DNA of 64,000 nucleotides from an uncultured Nitrososphaerota archaeon. Its GTDB lineage: Archaea; Korarchaeota; Korarchaeia; Korarchaeales; Korarchaeaceae. The first letter of the stretch is position 1. Each line of letters starts with the position of its first letter. Made by a program: the position numbers and the translations under genes. The stretch is taken from NCBI GenBank assembly GCA_964618805.1, contig CAZUBM010000007.1, positions 5,888-69,887 on the forward strand, read 5' to 3'. Positions 1 through 8,922 of this stretch are shown here, piece by piece. A model generated the notes under the pieces. The model made no database searches. It worked only from the letters and a program-made list of their open reading frames with translations, and had not been told where the DNA came from.

Positions 1-97
1 GAGCATAGTAGAATACTTAAAGGACACACTAGGATACTTGAGGAGCATAGTAGAATACTTAAAGGACACACTAGGATACTTGAGGAGCATAGTAGAA
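1..97 (+). repeat. Coding tandem repeat, 42-bp unit (two 21-bp heptads), at least 2.3 copies
   Basis: gagcatagtagaatacttaaaggacacactaggatacttgag at 1-42 and 43-84, partial third copy at 85-97. Confidence 0.95.
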
Positions 98-549
98 GGC
101 TAGAGGAGCACGATAGGAAATTTAATGAGATACTTGAGGAGCTTAGAGTTCACAGAGAAATCTTAAGAGAGCACAGTATTCTCCTGCACCGCTACATAAC
201 TACGATGGAAGAGGAGGCTCACGAAGTCATAGCTTACAGGCTTAGGGAAAAGGGAATCCCTGTTGAGCTATCGATGCTAACACTTCCAGGCTTGGAGATA
301 AATGTTTACGGAACATCTGATGATGTTTGTGTAGTTGGCGAGACTGCAGTAAGACTGGGGAGGAAGAAAGTGGAGGAGCTGGAGGAGAAACTCAAAATAC
401 TCAAGAGCAGATATCCTAACCTCCTTAGACCCAAAGTAATACCTGTTTTGTACGTGATGAGGGCTACGGATGAAGCTATAAAGAGGGCTAGAGATAGAGG
501 AATTTGGGTTTTAACAGCAAGTAGGGAGCTTGTTTCCTTCCCTTCTTGA
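1..549 (+). CDS. 5'-partial coiled-coil heptad-repeat protein with C-terminal PD-(D/E)XK-like domain (archaeal paREP/DUF3782-like)
   Basis: Frame 1 is open from base 1 (EHSRILKGHTRILEEHSRILKGHTRILEEHSRRLEEHDRKFNEIL...) and in frame with track ORF 205..549; C-terminal EINVYG...VVGE pattern resembles a restriction-endonuclease-like fold. Confidence 0.7.
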   Translation, partial: EHSRILKGHTRILEEHSRILKGHTRILEEHSRRLEEHDRKFNEILEELRVHREILREHSILLHRYITTMEEEAHEVIAYRLREKGIPVELSMLTLPGLEINVYGTSDDVCVVGETAVRLGRKKVEELEEKLKILKSRYPNLLRPKVIPVLYVMRATDEAIKRARDRGIWVLTASRELVSFPS

Positions 550-619
550 TCTTATGGATTAACATTCAAGAAATTTGTTGATAAGGAGGACTTAATGATT
601 TGAAAAATCTTAGAAAGCG

Positions 620-1180
620 CTAGTCTATGATAAAGCCTAGTAGCTTATCTATTGTCTGATTTGAGAGCTTTTCATATCTCTCCACAGAACCCACATCATA
701 CCAGAAGTCCCTGGTTATGTATCCATAGACTGGATGTCCCAATTCTATGAGCTTAGGCAGCACATCTCCCATCAGGTCAATTTCTCCCTTCCTTTTTGAC
801 TCTCTGAGTCCCTCAATTACCTCTAACACGACTTCGTTCAAGGCAAGCACTCCTATCGAAACAGGTTTCTCTAACTCTGGTTTTTCGATAAAGTTTAAGA
901 TCTTACCATTCTCATTTAATCTAGCCGTTCCTACTCTTATCTTATAGCCCAGGGCCATAGCCACAGTTGCAATAGCTTCTTTCTCTTTATGATAGTTGAT
1001 TAAATTCCTAAGGTTAATGTTAGAGAGTATGTCCCCGTAATACACGAGGAATTCCTTTTCGTCGATTAAACCTTGATTATATACGTTCAGCAAACACCCG
1101 GCCGTTCCCTCATAGCCTGGCTTATCAACTGCGTATTCTATGTTGACACCAAAGCGGGAACCATTCCCAAAGTAGTTCAT
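620..1180 (-). pseudogene. N-terminally truncated sugar-1-phosphate nucleotidyltransferase (NTP_transferase)
   Basis: GTAG, YYGDIL, FIEKP and WYDVG motifs present; N-terminal GGxGTR segment absent and an in-frame stop lies just upstream of the ATG. Confidence 0.8.
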
Positions 1181-1194
1181 TATATTTGGTTATA

Positions 1195-1320
1195 ATGAAG
1201 AGTACAATTGCTTTATCCAAAGAAACAAAGAAGAAACTTGATAAGCTAAAGGTTCACCCAAGAGAGCCTTATGAGGATGTGATAAAAAGGCTGATTGAGA
1301 AATGGGAAGAGTCCAAGTAA
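1195..1320 (+). CDS. Small ribbon-helix-helix/antitoxin-like protein, 41 aa (not in ORF track)
   Basis: MKSTIALSKETKKKLDKLKVHPREPYEDVIKRLIEKWEESK; overlaps the tnpB start. Confidence 0.75.
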   Translation: MKSTIALSKETKKKLDKLKVHPREPYEDVIKRLIEKWEESK

Positions 1321-1487
1321 CATACAAGTTTAGGCTCTATCCTAAAGGGGAGCAAGAGGAGAAGTTGCTTGAGACTCTAGAGCTGTGCAGGCAAACCTAC
1401 AATTACTTCTTGGCCCTATGGAACAGAAGAGGTAGAATTCCAAGCAGACTTGAACTTATGAGAGATGACCTTGATTATTACTTTTAG
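1302..1487 (+). pseudogene. tnpB: Truncated TnpB (IS200/IS605/IS1341 family), N-terminal domain only
   Basis: TYKFRLYP..EQEEKL..TLELCRQTYNYFL is the typical TnpB N-terminus; similarity stops after about 52 aa, with no RuvC or Zn finger. Confidence 0.85.
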
Positions 1488-1567
1488 CCGCAGCTAACAC
1501 AAACCACGAAAACATCTTCCTCCTGATTAGGATTGTGAACTAGCGACAATTTACGAGAAGAGATCTC

Positions 1568-1590
1568 AAAAGAAGAAAAGAAAGAGGAAT
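1568..1590 (-). terminator. Pyrimidine/T-rich archaeal terminator candidate for ORF 1600..2550
   Basis: Purine run aaaagaagaaaagaaagaggaat on + (U-rich on -) just after the stop codon. Confidence 0.5.
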
Positions 1591-1599
1591 AAGGCAGTT

Positions 1600-2550
1600 T
1601 CATCCCTTTGGACCATAATCTAAGAGTTCCCGTCTAAAAAAGGTTCTATTGCCAACATTTTCTATAACGAGGACTTCTCCAGTTATCGGGACGTCCAAGC
1701 TGACCCATTTTACCCCATTAACCGTAAAGAACATTAAAGAAGTGAAGTTCCCTGCAGACACAGATTTAACCTCCGTTATCATGCGTGTTATTACCCCCAA
1801 CTGTATTGGGAAGCTTTTCGGGGGAGGTGCGCACGTCAGGTTTGTGCTAAAACTTTCAGAAGGTGATTCAAATTCGATCTTTAGGCAGTAGCTTCCATTC
1901 TCAAGTTGCCACCAATATCTCCTCATCACCTCATTATCCGGTGAATAAATGACATCTATCCTTCCTATAGCTTGTTGACCTTCTATCTCCTCTTCTACCA
2001 CTGTGAGGGTTATATTCCCTGTTCTTGTGGTGTTCCCCTCGATTAGGTATGTGACGTATGTTGCATACTGCCCCGGTTCATAACCCATTACTCTCAAGGT
2101 ACTATATATCCCTAGAGATGTTCCATAAAATCCAGATCTCACGAATAGTCTAGCTGCTAAGTTCGTTTCGACTCTAGTGTGACCAGCAATTATCACGGCT
2201 TCGATTTCCTCCAACGAACCTAGGAATATCTCAGAGGAATTAGGAGTCATCCTTAGCCAATCCTCCTCAACGTCATCAAGCACTTTCGATGATATCTCTC
2301 CAACCCCTTCATATGCGTCTGGACCTCCAAGAATCACTACAGCCTCAGCTCCTTCTAGCTTGAATTCTTCTGGAGATACCACAGTAACACTGGCTCCTCC
2401 AGCCCTTAATCCCTCTGCTATGACCTCTGCTGCCGGTTTATCGACGCTATTTGTTAAGATTATAATACTTGGTTTGTTCTCAACCCTTAGACAAATCAAG
2501 GGAACTAAAGCTATCAGTAAGAGAATGAAGGTTCTAAGTTTCAATGCCAT
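1600..2550 (-). CDS. Secreted/surface protein with N-terminal S-layer-associated (CWB2/S_layer_C-like) module and beta-rich C-terminal domain
   Basis: Signal peptide; ILTNSVD...VVILGGPDAYEGVG...IAGHTRVET pattern; several N-x-S/T sequons. Confidence 0.65.
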   Translation of the reverse strand: MALKLRTFILLLIALVPLICLRVENKPSIIILTNSVDKPAAEVIAEGLRAGGASVTVVSPEEFKLEGAEAVVILGGPDAYEGVGEISSKVLDDVEEDWLRMTPNSSEIFLGSLEEIEAVIIAGHTRVETNLAARLFVRSGFYGTSLGIYSTLRVMGYEPGQYATYVTYLIEGNTTRTGNITLTVVEEEIEGQQAIGRIDVIYSPDNEVMRRYWWQLENGSYCLKIEFESPSESFSTNLTCAPPPKSFPIQLGVITRMITEVKSVSAGNFTSLMFFTVNGVKWVSLDVPITGEVLVIENVGNRTFFRRELLDYGPKG

Positions 2551-2670
2551 TCCTTAGGGATCTGTCCTTATTATATTAAATTCACGTTACGTTGAAAAGC
2601 CGCTAAGCGGAAGATATTGTGAAAATAACAAGCAAAGTGCTTTATATCATTTAGCGAGATTCAAAGTTGG

Positions 2671-2710
2671 CCTTATCCTGACCCGTCAGGCGCTTTCTTC
2701 TTTCTTTTTG
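2671..2710 (+). pseudogene. Very short remnant of an S-layer gene 3' end plus terminator
   Basis: ccttatcctgacccgtcaggcgctttcttctttctttttg aligns with cctcaccctgacccgtgaggcgcctcccctttcctttttt at 17380-17419. Confidence 0.6.
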
Positions 2711-2812
2711 TCTGACCTCTCATTGCTCTGATTATTCAGAGAGACAGCCTACGTTGATGTCACAAAATTACGTTCATTTATATAAGGAATTAAGCAAAAA
2801 CTTTAAAAATTC

Positions 2813-3301
2813 ATGAAAGCCACTATGAAAAGCAAGCTACTTGCCATAGGAGGACCCGGAGCCAATCTACTAACATTCTACGTGAATGACTTCTTACCTG
2901 CTGTTTACAATGGAACTCATTTGACAGCTCTGAGCTACTGGAGCAAGATGCTCATCCAATGGTTTTACCTAGCACCATTAGCTACGCCTTGATAGGCACA
3001 TACAAGGACCTCAATGGAACGGTTATTCTCTCACTATGGGAATGACGGGAGAGGACACTTACTGGGCAGCTTCGTGGTTCCACGACTCTATACTTGGGAA
3101 ATTACATATGATATTCAGGAAATAAAGCCTAGTGCCGTAGCAATAATCTTAATGCTTGATTACAGCGCATATGACATTAAGCACTATCCAATTGTGAGCA
3201 TAATAGAGGTTCTAGGAACCAAGAGCGAGACAAGGTGGCCTTCTGACTCATCTTGGTTCTTCCTACCTGACAACCAAGAGCCACCGCATCCAGATCCATA
3301 A
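2813..3301 (+). pseudogene. Frameshifted C-terminal remnant of a paralogue of the S-layer-like gene 14857..17397
   Basis: Across frames it reads LAIGGPGANLLTFYVNDFLPAVYNG..LSYWSK / YALIGTYKDLNGTVILSLW / GMTGEDTYWAASWF / IQEIKPSAVAIIL...EVLGTKSETRWP...PPHPDP, collinear with the last ~155 aa of the intact gene. Confidence 0.92.
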
Positions 3302-3326
3302 ATCCCCCTCCTCTTTTTCCTTTTTA
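3302..3326 (+). terminator. C/T-rich archaeal terminator
   Basis: atccccctcctctttttccttttt directly after the stop; same style as 17402-17425. Confidence 0.6.
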
Positions 3327-3489
3327 TAATGAGTTTATTCTCCTCAGGCCTCTACTAAAAATCGGGGTCGGGAAGAGAATCCTCTACCAAGTGTTTTGAA
3401 TGAAGAGGGAGAACGCGTGTCAGCAACGAGCATCAGATCTCAAAGTGAAAGTAAAAATAACACTGTAAACAGAATACATAGGGCTTTGA

Positions 3490-6400
3490 TTGGGTAAGTT
3501 CTACTCGATCATTTTCCTCACGATTTTTTTGCTCCCCTTAACTTGTATGTTGGGTTTTCAGGATCAGACAGCCGTTTTAGTCTGTACTTTAAGCGTCTCT
3601 CCCGCGAATCCAAAGGTAGGGGATAACATAACAGTTGAGATGATCGTTACCCTTCTAGATCCAGAGATCTGGGCGATCAACGTAACTCCATCAACTATCT
3701 CAATGAATGGAACCGGAAAGGCAGTCCTCATATCAGGTCCTGTGCCAGAAGTTGCTAACTTCACGCTTGGAGAGGTCTATGCCCCAAACATATCCTTCAC
3801 CTGGACTTTCAGAACGATTGCCTCTGGATCAATCACCTTCAGCGGTTTTGCAGTGGGATACAGTCCTGTCCTTGAGGGAGAGGTTCAGTCTAAGGTCTGT
3901 AACATTTCAATAAATGTTGAAGAGGGTGAAGCTCCCCCCATAGAGGAGGTTGTTGACCTGAAGTGCGTTGAAATGTCCGCAAACATCACAGAAGCACAGG
4001 TCAACGAGACAATAAGGGTGGAAGCGGTAATAGTTGCTGAAGGGAACTTCACCCAGCTCACGTCTAAGGTGGGCTTCTACCTAGGTCATCCTGAAGAGGG
4101 CAAGCTGTTAGCCATGACCTTTGCGAATTTCACCCAAGAGGTCGCGTTAATGAAGGTCTGGTGCGAACTTAGAATAACTCAGGAGGGAGAATTTGAGATC
4201 TATGTGTACGCAGACTATTCCAATGAAATTGCAGAGAACAATGAGGAGAACAATATTTGTAGTGTAAAGGTAGTTGCCTCGCTTCCTGAGGCCTATCCAA
4301 CTAGTCCTACCCCTCCGCCAACTGAGACTCCTGCTCCGCCAACTGAAACAGGGGTCCCTTCAACCCCGACCAGCCCAACTGCTCCACCTGAAATAGAAAC
4401 ACCAACTGTGGAGGAAAGAGGCATTCCTACCTCGGTTTTAGTGGTTGGAGCCGTTGTCGCAGGTGCAGTAGCTTCCTACTTGGCGTGGAGGATCTTTTAC
4501 TCAGCAGGGGTCAAAGAAGTGCTGATGAGATGCTGCTGCCTTGATTGGAATGTGAGGTCAGAGGGAACAATCCTTAGGACTGTTAAGCCTGTGAGCAGGG
4601 ACATTAGGGTCAGAGACGGTGAGCACAAAGGGAAGATAGTGCACGTCATAGCATTATTCGCTCCGGTAGGTGGGTATCTACCGCTTGTGACCAAAGGCGT
4701 AAACGTAGATTGGATAAACGCTAGAGGAATCCTTAGGAGTTGCGATAGCGGATCCGGATCAAAAGAGGTTAGTGGTTACTCTCATTCGGGAAGGGTAGCT
4801 GGTTCAGTATCAATCCCAATCCCAGAAAACCTCTCATTCAAATGGGAGATCATCAGCGGCCCTGGTTACCTTTTATCTACCCCTCCCCTATCACATACTC
4901 ACTCCTCGGTGGCTGAGGGTCCAGCAGCTATTTACGTAGCCCCACCTTTCGTGGAAGAAGATCCCAACCAACATCCAGCAGATAGGGTTAAGGGCAGAGA
5001 AGTTCTGATCAAGCTGACGGTAGACGATCCAGAAGGGCAACTGGAGGGCCTTGACTCTCCTGTTGAGGAACGTTACTTCAGAATAATCTTGGTAGGTCAA
5101 GGACTTGAACTGCTGGATAAGGGGGTTCCTCTACGTGAGAATGACCTTGAGAAGTGGGTAGATTACTCTGAGGTCAAGGACGCCATCTCTTTAGAAGAGT
5201 TCGACTGGATTCGTCCATCTAGAACTCCAGAACCAAGTTCTGAAGAAATTAAGGATATCAAAGCCCAACTGGAGAAGGTTCAAAGGAGAAGAAAGGCTGA
5301 GGAAGAGACCTTAAGGTACAATTCGGAGATCCTAAGTGAGAAGAGGAGGAAGCTGGACAAAGCTTTAAGCGAACTCAACAAGATGAAATCAGAACTTGAG
5401 GATGTGGAGAGGCAAATAGAGAATCCAGCAGAGGCAGCTCGTAGGGCTAGAAAAGAGGCTAGGGAGAAGATAGAGGAGAAGTACATGTCGCAGATTGAGC
5501 AGCGTAGACAAAAGAAGAGAGATCTCTGGGAGTCTCACGTAGAGGAAGTTTCAAAGGCAAGAGAAAAAGGTAAGAGCGACGAGTACATATTAGATCTCAA
5601 TAAGAGGTATGCTGAAAGCGCAAGTAAGCTGGACAAGGAAATAGCCAAGCTGCTTCAGGAGATGTGGCGCGAAATCGAAAGGGCTAGAAAGGAAATTGGG
5701 TATCCAACAATCCATCCTCCTGGCCCTGGACCTGGTTTTGAGAGGTACCGAAGATCATTAGAACGGAGGAGGGAGGAGTTGAGGAAGAAAATTCCTGATA
5801 AGGAAAGGGAGGTTAAGGACCTGAGGGATGAAGTGGAAGAACTCGAAAGAGCCCTTAAAGGCCTTAGGAAGAAGATAGATGATCTGAAATCCGAGGAAAC
5901 GAGATTACGTGAGGGATTAAGGTCAGCTGAGGCCAGAGCAGAGGCTGAGAAGGAGTGCAGGCCCATGTACGAGTGGGAGGAGTTCAGGCCAATTGATGGA
6001 AAGATCTTGGCTCCTCTAAAGCTGTATGACTGGGAGCCTATCTTAGGTTCCGAATCTCCAGCTGTGGAACAGTCTTCAGTTGAGGTAAGACCAAGAGAAA
6101 TTCTAATCCTAAAGGCGAGGGCTGAGGATGTGGACAGGTTGAGGATCTGGATAAAGGATGGTCAGAAGATTGAGGTGGAGGTGAAGGATTGGCTCAGATA
6201 TGAGTGGTCTTCGAGGTGGACTGACGATAGGCGGCACAGCGCAGATCCAGGGATGTTCTTGGTAACTAGAGAGGGCGAGACTGTCATATTTCTAGCTCCA
6301 GAGGAGGAAGGAGAGATCGAGATAACTTGTAAAGTGAGGGACAGCGGGATTCAGGGCAGGGATCCCGAGCTGTCGATCAGAAGGGTTCTTAAGGTCGTAG

Positions 6401-7479
6401 GTAAGGATCCATTTGCCAAGGTTGAAGAGGGAATAGGGGTCATTGAGAAAGCCATAACTAGGCCTAAGGAAAGAGGGGAAGAGATAAAACTACCAGCTAA
6501 GAAACTTGGGGATCTAGAGGAGTGGGAAGAGATAAAAAAGAGGAGAGAGGAGGAACTAGAGGAGAAGGTAAAACTACCAGCTAAGAAACTTGGGGATCTA
6601 GAGGAGTGGATTCTTACATCCTATATTCAATTAAATCTTGCACAGATGACAGGAAGACTACTTAAGGAATGCATACACAACCTTAAGGTTCGCTGGTGGG
6701 CAGATCTGCTTTGGTACATGGGAAATGTCTTGCTAGCCGTAGCTGGAGCGCCAGTAGGAGGGGCAGCTGGCTTGATTGAATGGATTGGCTGGGCAATCGG
6801 ATATGGAATCACTGGAGGGCTAATAGGATACGAGGGCACCGCACAGTTGCTCTCAAGGCTTGATCTAGCCAAATCGTCCATGTACGAAGAGTGGGTGGAA
6901 GACTTAAAACCGACCATGCCTTCTTATGTGGCCAAAATTCGCGGAACTATGAGCGCTTCTGGCTTAGAATTCCTCCTATACAGGACAGGAGCTTCCATAG
7001 CATTACAGGAGGGATGTTCAAAACTCCTATTTGAGACTTTTGCCAATCAGGCATTAGCTTTCTGGAGGGCGTACTCAAAGAAATATGATTCCATTCCAGA
7101 TGAAGCTAAGGCCTGCTACTTGCTAAATTGCCTGAAATCTGAAATAATGCTTGCCCTAGGATTCGTTAGACCTTCCAAGGAGGATCTAGAAGATTTCAAA
7201 AAGAGACTCTCTTCCACCTTAGAAGGGGTAGAGGACGAAAGACAGTTCTTTGGCCTATTATCAGCACTCTTCACACCAATAAGGTATCTCACGGGTAGCG
7301 AAGAGGGATTCGAAAGAGTATCATTGACCTTAGAAAACATTGTGGATGCCCTCACGAGCAACAAGGAAGCAGCTGTCTCAGAGACCATACGGATGTTCAG
7401 AAACGTGATTTCTACGCTTAGAAAAGAGCTAGAGCTTCAGAAGATCATATTTGAAGGTCTAGAATCGCTCAGAGTGTAA
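3490..7479 (+). CDS. Large single-pass membrane protein: Ig-like + CARDB + Pro/Thr linker + TM + cytoplasmic Ig-like/coiled-coil/Ig-like/helical region
   Basis: Signal peptide; CARDB signature DYSNEIAENNEENN; PT-rich linker; TM GIPTSVLVVGAVVAGAVASYLAW; long E/K/R heptad region; Gly-rich hydrophobic segment near the C-terminus. Confidence 0.85.
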   Translation: MGKFYSIIFLTIFLLPLTCMLGFQDQTAVLVCTLSVSPANPKVGDNITVEMIVTLLDPEIWAINVTPSTISMNGTGKAVLISGPVPEVANFTLGEVYAPNISFTWTFRTIASGSITFSGFAVGYSPVLEGEVQSKVCNISINVEEGEAPPIEEVVDLKCVEMSANITEAQVNETIRVEAVIVAEGNFTQLTSKVGFYLGHPEEGKLLAMTFANFTQEVALMKVWCELRITQEGEFEIYVYADYSNEIAENNEENNICSVKVVASLPEAYPTSPTPPPTETPAPPTETGVPSTPTSPTAPPEIETPTVEERGIPTSVLVVGAVVAGAVASYLAWRIFYSAGVKEVLMRCCCLDWNVRSEGTILRTVKPVSRDIRVRDGEHKGKIVHVIALFAPVGGYLPLVTKGVNVDWINARGILRSCDSGSGSKEVSGYSHSGRVAGSVSIPIPENLSFKWEIISGPGYLLSTPPLSHTHSSVAEGPAAIYVAPPFVEEDPNQHPADRVKGREVLIKLTVDDPEGQLEGLDSPVEERYFRIILVGQGLELLDKGVPLRENDLEKWVDYSEVKDAISLEEFDWIRPSRTPEPSSEEIKDIKAQLEKVQRRRKAEEETLRYNSEILSEKRRKLDKALSELNKMKSELEDVERQIENPAEAARRARKEAREKIEEKYMSQIEQRRQKKRDLWESHVEEVSKAREKGKSDEYILDLNKRYAESASKLDKEIAKLLQEMWREIERARKEIGYPTIHPPGPGPGFERYRRSLERRREELRKKIPDKEREVKDLRDEVEELERALKGLRKKIDDLKSEETRLREGLRSAEARAEAEKECRPMYEWEEFRPIDGKILAPLKLYDWEPILGSESPAVEQSSVEVRPREILILKARAEDVDRLRIWIKDGQKIEVEVKDWLRYEWSSRWTDDRRHSADPGMFLVTREGETVIFLAPEEEGEIEITCKVRDSGIQGRDPELSIRRVLKVVGKDPFAKVEEGIGVIEKAITRPKERGEEIKLPAKKLGDLEEWEEIKKRREEELEEKVKLPAKKLGDLEEWILTSYIQLNLAQMTGRLLKECIHNLKVRWWADLLWYMGNVLLAVAGAPVGGAAGLIEWIGWAIGYGITGGLIGYEGTAQLLSRLDLAKSSMYEEWVEDLKPTMPSYVAKIRGTMSASGLEFLLYRTGASIALQEGCSKLLFETFANQALAFWRAYSKKYDSIPDEAKACYLLNCLKSEIMLALGFVRPSKEDLEDFKKRLSSTLEGVEDERQFFGLLSALFTPIRYLTGSEEGFERVSLTLENIVDALTSNKEAAVSETIRMFRNVISTLRKELELQKIIFEGLESLRV
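6485..6609 (+). repeat. Perfect 41-bp in-frame direct repeat (KLPAKKLGDLEEW x2)
   Basis: taaaactaccagctaagaaacttggggatctagaggagtgg at 6485-6525 and 6569-6609. Confidence 0.95.
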
Positions 7480-7719
7480 CGAAAAGTCAGAGAAGTTTCC
7501 TAGCGCGCGGAGCTACATAGAGATAAGAAACTGGTTTAATCTATTCAAAGATGTAGTAACCGCCCATCTCACTGATACTAATGGAGAGGCTTTTTGTCAG
7601 GCATTAGTCGATTACTCTGAAAAGAGAAGGATGGGACATGAACATTATTTTAGAATATGGAAATCTAAGAAATAAGGGTTGCAAGAGATAGTCTGAGACT
7701 ATCTAATCCGATTATTGGT

Positions 7720-8394
7720 TTGATGAGCGGCTTATACTATCAATTGAGTTCCTTTCTGATCTCATCTAAGATCTTGTATGGAAAAGAGGTTGATATAGTA
7801 CACAGGATATTTCCAGCAATTTACGGACTGACCTTTGATCCAATTTCATTAGTTGCTAGAAGGGGGATTCCGTTTGTTATAGGCCAATATGCCGTCCAAT
7901 CATTAGTTCGCTTGCCTTGAAAGGAACATACATGCTCCATCTCTCAACAGTCAAGAGTGAAAACGCGGTTATAGTTCAGACACAGGTGTTAAAAGAGGAA
8001 TATTCCAGGATCCTGGATCCTGAGAGGATTTGAGTGATCCCTTTAGGGATTACACGGACTTCTTCTCTCCAGGACAGAAGAATTTAGATAAGGGATGGGT
8101 TGATGTGCTCACCGTAGCCAACTTGACCGAAAAGGAAGGGGATCGACTACCTGATAAGGGCAGTGCACTCCCTGAGAAAGCTCAGAAGGTTAAGTTAGGG
8201 ATAGTTGGAGATGGTTCTGAAAAGAGAAGGCTTCGTGAGATGACTTCAAGGCTTGGGCTCAACGAGGATGTGGTTTTTGAGGGACATGTCCCAAGGTCAA
8301 AGCTCAGGGATCTTTACAGAGGTGCGGACATCTTTTGCCTTCCTTCCCTAGTAGAACCATTTGGAAAAGCTGTCATTGAGGCCATGGCGCGCGC
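7720..8394 (+). pseudogene. Fragmented GT4 glycosyltransferase
   Basis: Pieces DIVHRIFP..IPFVIG, VLTVANL, IVGDG..., ADIFCLPSLVEPFGKAVIEAMA in several frames; similarity ends at 8387. Confidence 0.8.
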
Positions 8395-8423
8395 TAAAAT
8401 CTTCATCGGCTTGGTATTGAGGC

Positions 8424-8592
8424 GCGCTCTTCTTTTTTGAGAAGAGATCCGCTATTATAGGAATTTACAAGGTAAAGGAGCTTAATATGGCTAGAAACTA
8501 TGCAATGATCGAACTGAATGATGAATCGGTGATCACAAGTATGGTTGAAAAGCCTAGAGGCCGAGCTCCAAACTGGTTGCGACCTGCTATCC
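8424..8592 (+). pseudogene. Internal fragment of a second sugar-phosphate nucleotidyltransferase
   Basis: FEKRSAIIGIYKVKELNMARNYAMIELNDESVITSMVEKPR, then after a frameshift SKLVATCY; matches the EKP region of NTP_transferases. Confidence 0.65.
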
Positions 8593-8853
8593 TAACTCGA
8601 CCAATGCCGGTTTGAAGCCCATCAAGTGATGATAAAAATGGCTCCTTAGGAGTGTAGGTTCAGGATCTATCTTTTTGTCTGATTGAGCGCGTTCATCGTC
8701 AAAAGTAAGCATCAAGGTTTCTGGTTGCTTAAATCCTCCATTCCTACGCTTCTTTCCTCAAGTGATCGAATCATCTTAGTCTCTATTTTCAGTTGTTAAG
8801 CTTTCCTGATCAGTTGTCAGGGATTTCGTTAAAGCAAAACGAAGCATAGACCG

Positions 8854-8893
8854 TTAGGAAACGATAAAGTATTTTAGGAACTCGCATTCCTAA
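8854..8893 (+). promoter_or_regulatory. Candidate operator upstream of the GT2 gene
   Basis: TTAGGAA-ctcgca-TTCCTAA (8874-8893) plus a third TTAGGAA half-site at 8854-8860. Confidence 0.4.
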
Positions 8894-8922
8894 GATCTAG
8901 TAACTGTTAGATTAATTATTGG

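Larger units (their letters stand above)
1195..1487 (+). mobile_element. Remnant of an IS200/IS605-family (IS1341-like, no tnpA) element
   Basis: RHH gene plus tnpB fragment abutting a truncated host gene; element ends not recognisable. Confidence 0.6.

Noticed and set aside
1-97. Repeat as a CRISPR array
   Set aside because: Units are contiguous with no unique spacers and keep a coding heptad frame
2813-3301. S-layer remnant as a DGR template repeat
   Set aside because: Differences from the intact gene are not adenine-specific, include indels, and no reverse transcriptase is present
5240-5960. Coiled coil as SMC/Rad50
   Set aside because: No Walker A/B, signature motif or CxxC zinc hook; the protein is membrane-anchored
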